A stretch of DNA of 64,000 bases, taken from the NCBI GenBank assembly GCA_038870975.1, contig JAVZJD010000002.1, positions 32,001 through 96,000 of the forward strand, given 5' to 3'. A model generated the notes under the pieces. The model saw only the letters and a list, made by a program, of their open reading frames with translations, was not told the DNA's origin and did no database searches. The translations under genes were made by a program, and so were the position numbers. The stretch is from Candidatus Bathyarchaeia archaeon (GTDB taxonomy: Archaea; Thermoproteota; CALKCG01; B24). Below are positions 60,195 through 64,000 of the stretch, piece by piece. The first letter of the stretch is position 1. Each line of letters begins with the position of its first letter.

Positions 60195-60767
60195 ATGGAG
60201 TTCGATTTAACCCCTCTTCTAACGTCTTTTACGCTAGTTTTCCTAGCTGAGCTTGGGGATAAAACTCAAATATGTACGATTATGCTGTCTTCAAGGTCTT
60301 CAGCAGTCTCAGTTTTCTCTGGTGCTATGACTGCCTTCTTCGTAGTTGATGGTTTAAGCGCATTATTGGGCGGTGAGCTACTTCGCCTCCTGCCTAGAAG
60401 TATAGTCGGTTTAGCCGCTGGTTTAATCTTTATACTGTTCGGTTTACTCTCTCTTCTCCGTAAAGAGGGGGAGGAGGTTTTCGATAAAGCCGAAACATCG
60501 TTCTTTAAAACCTTCTCCTTTGTTTCGCTTATGGAGCTTGGAGATAAAACCCAAATGGCTTCAATACTCTTAGCAGCTCAATTTGAAAATCCACTTATGG
60601 TTCTAACAGGTATTATGTTAGCCTTCAGCCTTATAACTGGCATCGGCGTTTTACTCGGCAGTAGAATCTTAAGGCTTGTAAAGGGTAGTTACTTGAAAAT
60701 AGGCACGTCTATAGTATTCATACTGTTCGGCTTTATCTTAATTTTAGAATCGCTATCAGCATTTTGA
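60195..60767 (+). CDS. TMEM165/GDT1 (UPF0016) family Mn2+/Ca2+ transporter
   Basis: Two ELGDKTQ motifs, 6 TM. Confidence 0.92.
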   Translation: MEFDLTPLLTSFTLVFLAELGDKTQICTIMLSSRSSAVSVFSGAMTAFFVVDGLSALLGGELLRLLPRSIVGLAAGLIFILFGLLSLLRKEGEEVFDKAETSFFKTFSFVSLMELGDKTQMASILLAAQFENPLMVLTGIMLAFSLITGIGVLLGSRILRLVKGSYLKIGTSIVFILFGFILILESLSAF

Positions 60768-60822
60768 GTTTAAACATTAATATTGAAGCTACGTTTTATT
60801 CAAAATATCATGGTGACTAGGA

Positions 60823-61923
60823 GTGAGAGTTAAATTCCGCCATTCCCTCATAGACCCTAAAACTATTGGAACATGCAACTCCATATGTTTAGTAGGGGAT
60901 ATTAACGGCGATGGTTTCGTAGACGTTGTAATAGGCAATTTCACTGAATCTCCATCTGAAGAAGGCTACTTAGTCTGGTATGAGTATCCGGGATGGAAGA
61001 GACATATAGTGGCTAGAGCGAATTTAGAGGCGGGTGGGGTGTTAGTTGATGTTAATCATGATGAATGTGTAGATATTGTAGCTGGTCAACCGTACTATGG
61101 GCGTGAATTATACTGGTTTGAGAATCCCCCGGATCCTACGGACAACTGGATTAGACGTGTAATAGATAATAGTTTTCAGAAGTACCATGATCAAGCCGTT
61201 GGAGATGTGGATGGTGATGGTGAAGATGAAATACTCGTCGCCTCGCAGATTAGCAGGGTTCTAGTCTACTACGATATTCCTCCTGATCCAACAGTTTCAC
61301 CTTGGCCGGAGGAATACAGGCATCTAATATGCGATGATATTTGCGTTGAAGGTCTTGCAATAGCTGATTTAGATGATGACGGTTTAAATGAAGTTGTTGC
61401 CGGACCCAACGTATTTAAACCTCAGCCAGGTTTGAAAGGCAAGTGGTCTAGGAGAATACTGAGGGAATTCCACGCTAGAACCTACGGTGGGATAGTATTC
61501 TCTGAGACTAGAGTTCAAGTTGCCGATATAAATGAAGACGGTATCTTAGATATCGTTATGAGTGAAGCTGAAAGCGACATCGGTAGACTGGCTTGGTTTG
61601 AAGGTCCAGACTACAAGATACACATTTTAAATGAAAGCCTTTTCCACCCACACAGTCTAGCTGTAGCAGACTTCGACGGAGATAGCCATATAGACATATT
61701 CGTAGGTGAAATGCACCTTGGAAGAAATCCAAATCCAAGGCTTCTAGTGTATTTAAATGACGGTGGAGGCTTCTTCAGGGAATGCTTCGTAGTAGACGAA
61801 GGCACTGGTACTCATGAGGCTAAGGTGGCGGATGTAGGGAATACTGGTAAACCTTCTATAGTTGGTAAGCCCTTTAAACCTAAAACTCAAGTAGACCTAT
61901 GGGAGAACATCACAGGTCTATAG
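60823..61923 (+). CDS. FG-GAP/VCBS repeat beta-propeller protein
   Basis: Repeated DxxxDGxxD loops (GDINGDGFVD, GDVDGDGEDE, ADINEDGILD, ADFDGDSHID); no signal peptide. Confidence 0.85.
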   Translation: MRVKFRHSLIDPKTIGTCNSICLVGDINGDGFVDVVIGNFTESPSEEGYLVWYEYPGWKRHIVARANLEAGGVLVDVNHDECVDIVAGQPYYGRELYWFENPPDPTDNWIRRVIDNSFQKYHDQAVGDVDGDGEDEILVASQISRVLVYYDIPPDPTVSPWPEEYRHLICDDICVEGLAIADLDDDGLNEVVAGPNVFKPQPGLKGKWSRRILREFHARTYGGIVFSETRVQVADINEDGILDIVMSEAESDIGRLAWFEGPDYKIHILNESLFHPHSLAVADFDGDSHIDIFVGEMHLGRNPNPRLLVYLNDGGGFFRECFVVDEGTGTHEAKVADVGNTGKPSIVGKPFKPKTQVDLWENITGL

Positions 61924-62117
61924 GTCTACCAAGGTTGTTGTTCAGGCTTCAATTTGACGACTCTTTCAGTAGCTGACATTAACAGGAAGGCGTTACACCA
62001 GCCAGCAGTATACGTGCTTAGATGTCGAGACTAATTTCAAACCAGCAAATGGAGGAGTCTTTATAAAAAACCATTGGTTGTCTATTGAAACGGTCTTTTT
62101 GCAGTTTAAATAGAGTA

Positions 62118-62498
62118 TTAGCTTTTTAACCACCTGTAGACCGTCTTTAAAGGTATGTTAAACTCCTCTGAAATCCGCCTCACATCGTATCCTTTATCTT
62201 TAAGCTCTTGAACCAGTTTTCTGTATTTCCTTCTCTCAGCTTTGCTAAACCTAGATTTATTTTTAAAGACCACCCTACCGTCATTGCCGAATAATGATAA
62301 TGCAAGGGTAAAAGCCTTAATGTAATTACTCTCCCTATTCACATAGCCGATTAGCTCAACACGATAGCCTTCTGCTATGTAGCTTCGCAACTGGTTTAAA
62401 ACATACTCTATGGAGTTCAGGTTTACATTTGAAGCAAACCTAACCTCTACTAGCCTATTCTCAGGTTTAACTTCAACTGAATACTTAACGTTGGACAT
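62118..62498 (-). CDS. Protein with C-terminal helix-turn-helix (putative regulator)
   Basis: GYDVRRISEEFNIPLKTVYRWL. Confidence 0.8.
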   Translation of the reverse strand: MSNVKYSVEVKPENRLVEVRFASNVNLNSIEYVLNQLRSYIAEGYRVELIGYVNRESNYIKAFTLALSLFGNDGRVVFKNKSRFSKAERRKYRKLVQELKDKGYDVRRISEEFNIPLKTVYRWLKS

Positions 62499-62549
62499 TC
62501 TTCAGACACCACTGTTGAATAAACTAACCCTAAAACCTCGCAGGTTCTC

Positions 62550-62636
62550 TTATAAACTTTTCTCATTTTTAATATTTCTTATAATGAGAAAAGTTTATAA
62601 ACCCCTTCTCATATTGTAGAAAATTGAAAATGAGAA
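62550..62636. promoter_or_regulatory. Back-to-back identical promoters with two TTCTCAT-N17-ATGAGAA sites
   Basis: Perfect 18-bp inverted repeat 62550-62567/62583-62600, each arm containing BRE+TATA (GAAAAGTTTATAA); sites at 62560-62590 and 62606-62636. Confidence 0.75.
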
Positions 62637-62655
62637 TAGAAAGAGGTGGTGGAGA

Positions 62656-62730
62656 ATGATTTGGAGGGCAATCAAAGTGTCGATGACTAGACATATAATA
62701 ACTGACCGAGGTCCTCCAATGAGGTTATAA
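62656..62730 (+). CDS. 24-aa micropeptide MIWRAIKVSMTRHIITDRGPPMRL
   Basis: Own TATA box, GAGGTG RBS, T7 tract after the stop. Confidence 0.55.
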   Translation: MIWRAIKVSMTRHIITDRGPPMRL

Positions 62731-62734
62731 CTGC

Positions 62735-62741
62735 TTTTTTT
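62735..62741 (+). terminator. Oligo-T terminator
   Basis: T7 tract 4 bp after the micropeptide stop. Confidence 0.45.
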
Positions 62742-62761
62742 GGGGAAATCGTTTAAACTCT

Positions 62762-63757
62762 TCATATCCCTCTTATCTTCTTGACGGCTTCAACCATAGC
62801 CTTCCAAGCACTTCCAGGGTCTTCACATGAGAGTTCAGACCCTTCTTCTGCTCTAAAACTCCAAGTAGCTATGGCATCTGCTCCAAGCTCTACTGCTTTA
62901 ATAACACTCTTGTAAACGTCTAACTCGCGTCCTTTTGGAATCTTTATAAGCTCCACCCATATTTGGCTCTTCAAATTGGCCTTTCTAGACACCTCTAAAG
63001 CCCTGTTAACCCACTCTGTAAACCATTCAAAGGATCTATTGCCCCAAATCCAATATGGATCTGTTGAAAATACGTCTAGATTTTTAAGGTTTAAAACAGG
63101 GTTCCAAGAGTATATTCCGTGCATACCTGTATGTTCAGGCATAAGGCACAGTATGTTTAAAAGCCTTCTATCAAGCTTTTTGACTTCAAATGTAAGTTCA
63201 TTTAAAAGGTTGAACAATGAATTCTGCCTAAACTTTTTAACATCATCGGTTAAACTGCCAGGCATATCATACCCATACTCTTCGTGGAAAGTTCTTCTGC
63301 AAATCGAGCATCTACAAGTCCAAACCTCAGGCCAACCCTTGGGCACTACTAGGGAAGGCTCATCCCAGAATATGCCGTCAGGTTTGAGTCTATTGACTAT
63401 TTCTCTGACGCTATTCTTAAGCCAAGCCCTGTATTCTGGATTGTTTGGGCATCCCCTGATTGGGTAAATATGCCCGTTGCTATCTACTTCACACCAATCA
63501 GGGTTACTCGGCACCGCTATGCTAAAATGTCCTGGTACGAAAAACCCGAAACCATGTACATCCACAAACACTTTCAAACCGATGCGGTGCGCTCTATCGA
63601 CTACTGTCTTTTTAGCGTTGACCATGCTAGGCCACTCATACTCGTTAACACAAAGCGTTATTGAGGTAAAACCAGCCTCATAAATCTCCTTTAAATCATC
63701 CTCAACATGGCTGGGATAAGGGCATCCATAGTAGGCTACACTAACATCCCAAACCAA
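62762..63757 (-). CDS. Putative glycoside hydrolase-like TIM-barrel protein
   Basis: CPNNPEYR, DGIFWDEP, CRCSICR Cys cluster, DVFSTDPY (GH42-like pattern). Confidence 0.6.
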   Translation of the reverse strand: MVWDVSVAYYGCPYPSHVEDDLKEIYEAGFTSITLCVNEYEWPSMVNAKKTVVDRAHRIGLKVFVDVHGFGFFVPGHFSIAVPSNPDWCEVDSNGHIYPIRGCPNNPEYRAWLKNSVREIVNRLKPDGIFWDEPSLVVPKGWPEVWTCRCSICRRTFHEEYGYDMPGSLTDDVKKFRQNSLFNLLNELTFEVKKLDRRLLNILCLMPEHTGMHGIYSWNPVLNLKNLDVFSTDPYWIWGNRSFEWFTEWVNRALEVSRKANLKSQIWVELIKIPKGRELDVYKSVIKAVELGADAIATWSFRAEEGSELSCEDPGSAWKAMVEAVKKIRGI

Positions 63758-64000
63758 AATTTCACACCCCTTACAATAGTTACAGGTTCAAGCTTTAAAA
63801 CAATTCTTACACACGTCTACTAGACAGTATTCCACTATTAAGACTACTAGCCACTAAAGACCCGTCGGTATTGACCTATTCGTTAAAAAGCCTCTACTTC
63901 GTAGAAGGACTTGGGAATTCTCCATAATGATACAATGGAAAAATTACTCGACTTAAATTTAAATAGGGTACAGTATTCTAAACGTCTCCATTTTATGGAA

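Noticed and set aside
302-63683. Numerous antisense or nested ORFs in the track (e.g. 3764-4147, 8199-8726, 27498-28091, 42045-42632, 48580-49122, 62976-63467)
   Set aside because: They lie opposite well-supported genes, mostly have Ser/Leu/Phe-rich shadow composition and carry no motifs

Overview
Archaeal chromosomal segment: TATA/BRE promoters, GGTGA/GGAGG ribosome-binding sites, frequent TTG/GTG starts and an intron-containing tRNA. The gene content (geranylgeranyl reductase, archaeal CoaD, GH5 glycosidases, sugar isomerase/oxidoreductases) would fit a Bathyarchaeia-like heterotroph; that lineage call is inference. It holds about 55 CDS, two tRNAs (Ile2-CAT; Leu-GAG with a 22-nt intron), a redox/arsenic-stress cluster (13.4-23.4 kb), a polysaccharide/sugar-use region, a MoxR-VWA operon, a DtxR/MntR-controlled metal ABC importer and several pseudogenes. 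I saw no CRISPR array or intact transposase. Top finding: the protein-repair gene pcm is interrupted by a 29-nt insert that folds into a textbook bulge-helix-bulge (BHB) splice substrate. Cutting at the canonical positions restores the conserved QTISAPHM motif in frame, so this is a candidate archaeal pre-mRNA intron outside cbf5. Other candidates for undescribed systems: four paralogous winged-helix proteins divergently coupled to a NurA-HerA pair with no mre11/rad50 beside it, and an HTH regulator divergent from a 24-aa RGPP micropeptide with twin TTCTCAT-N17-ATGAGAA operators. All family calls come from motif recognition, not database searches.
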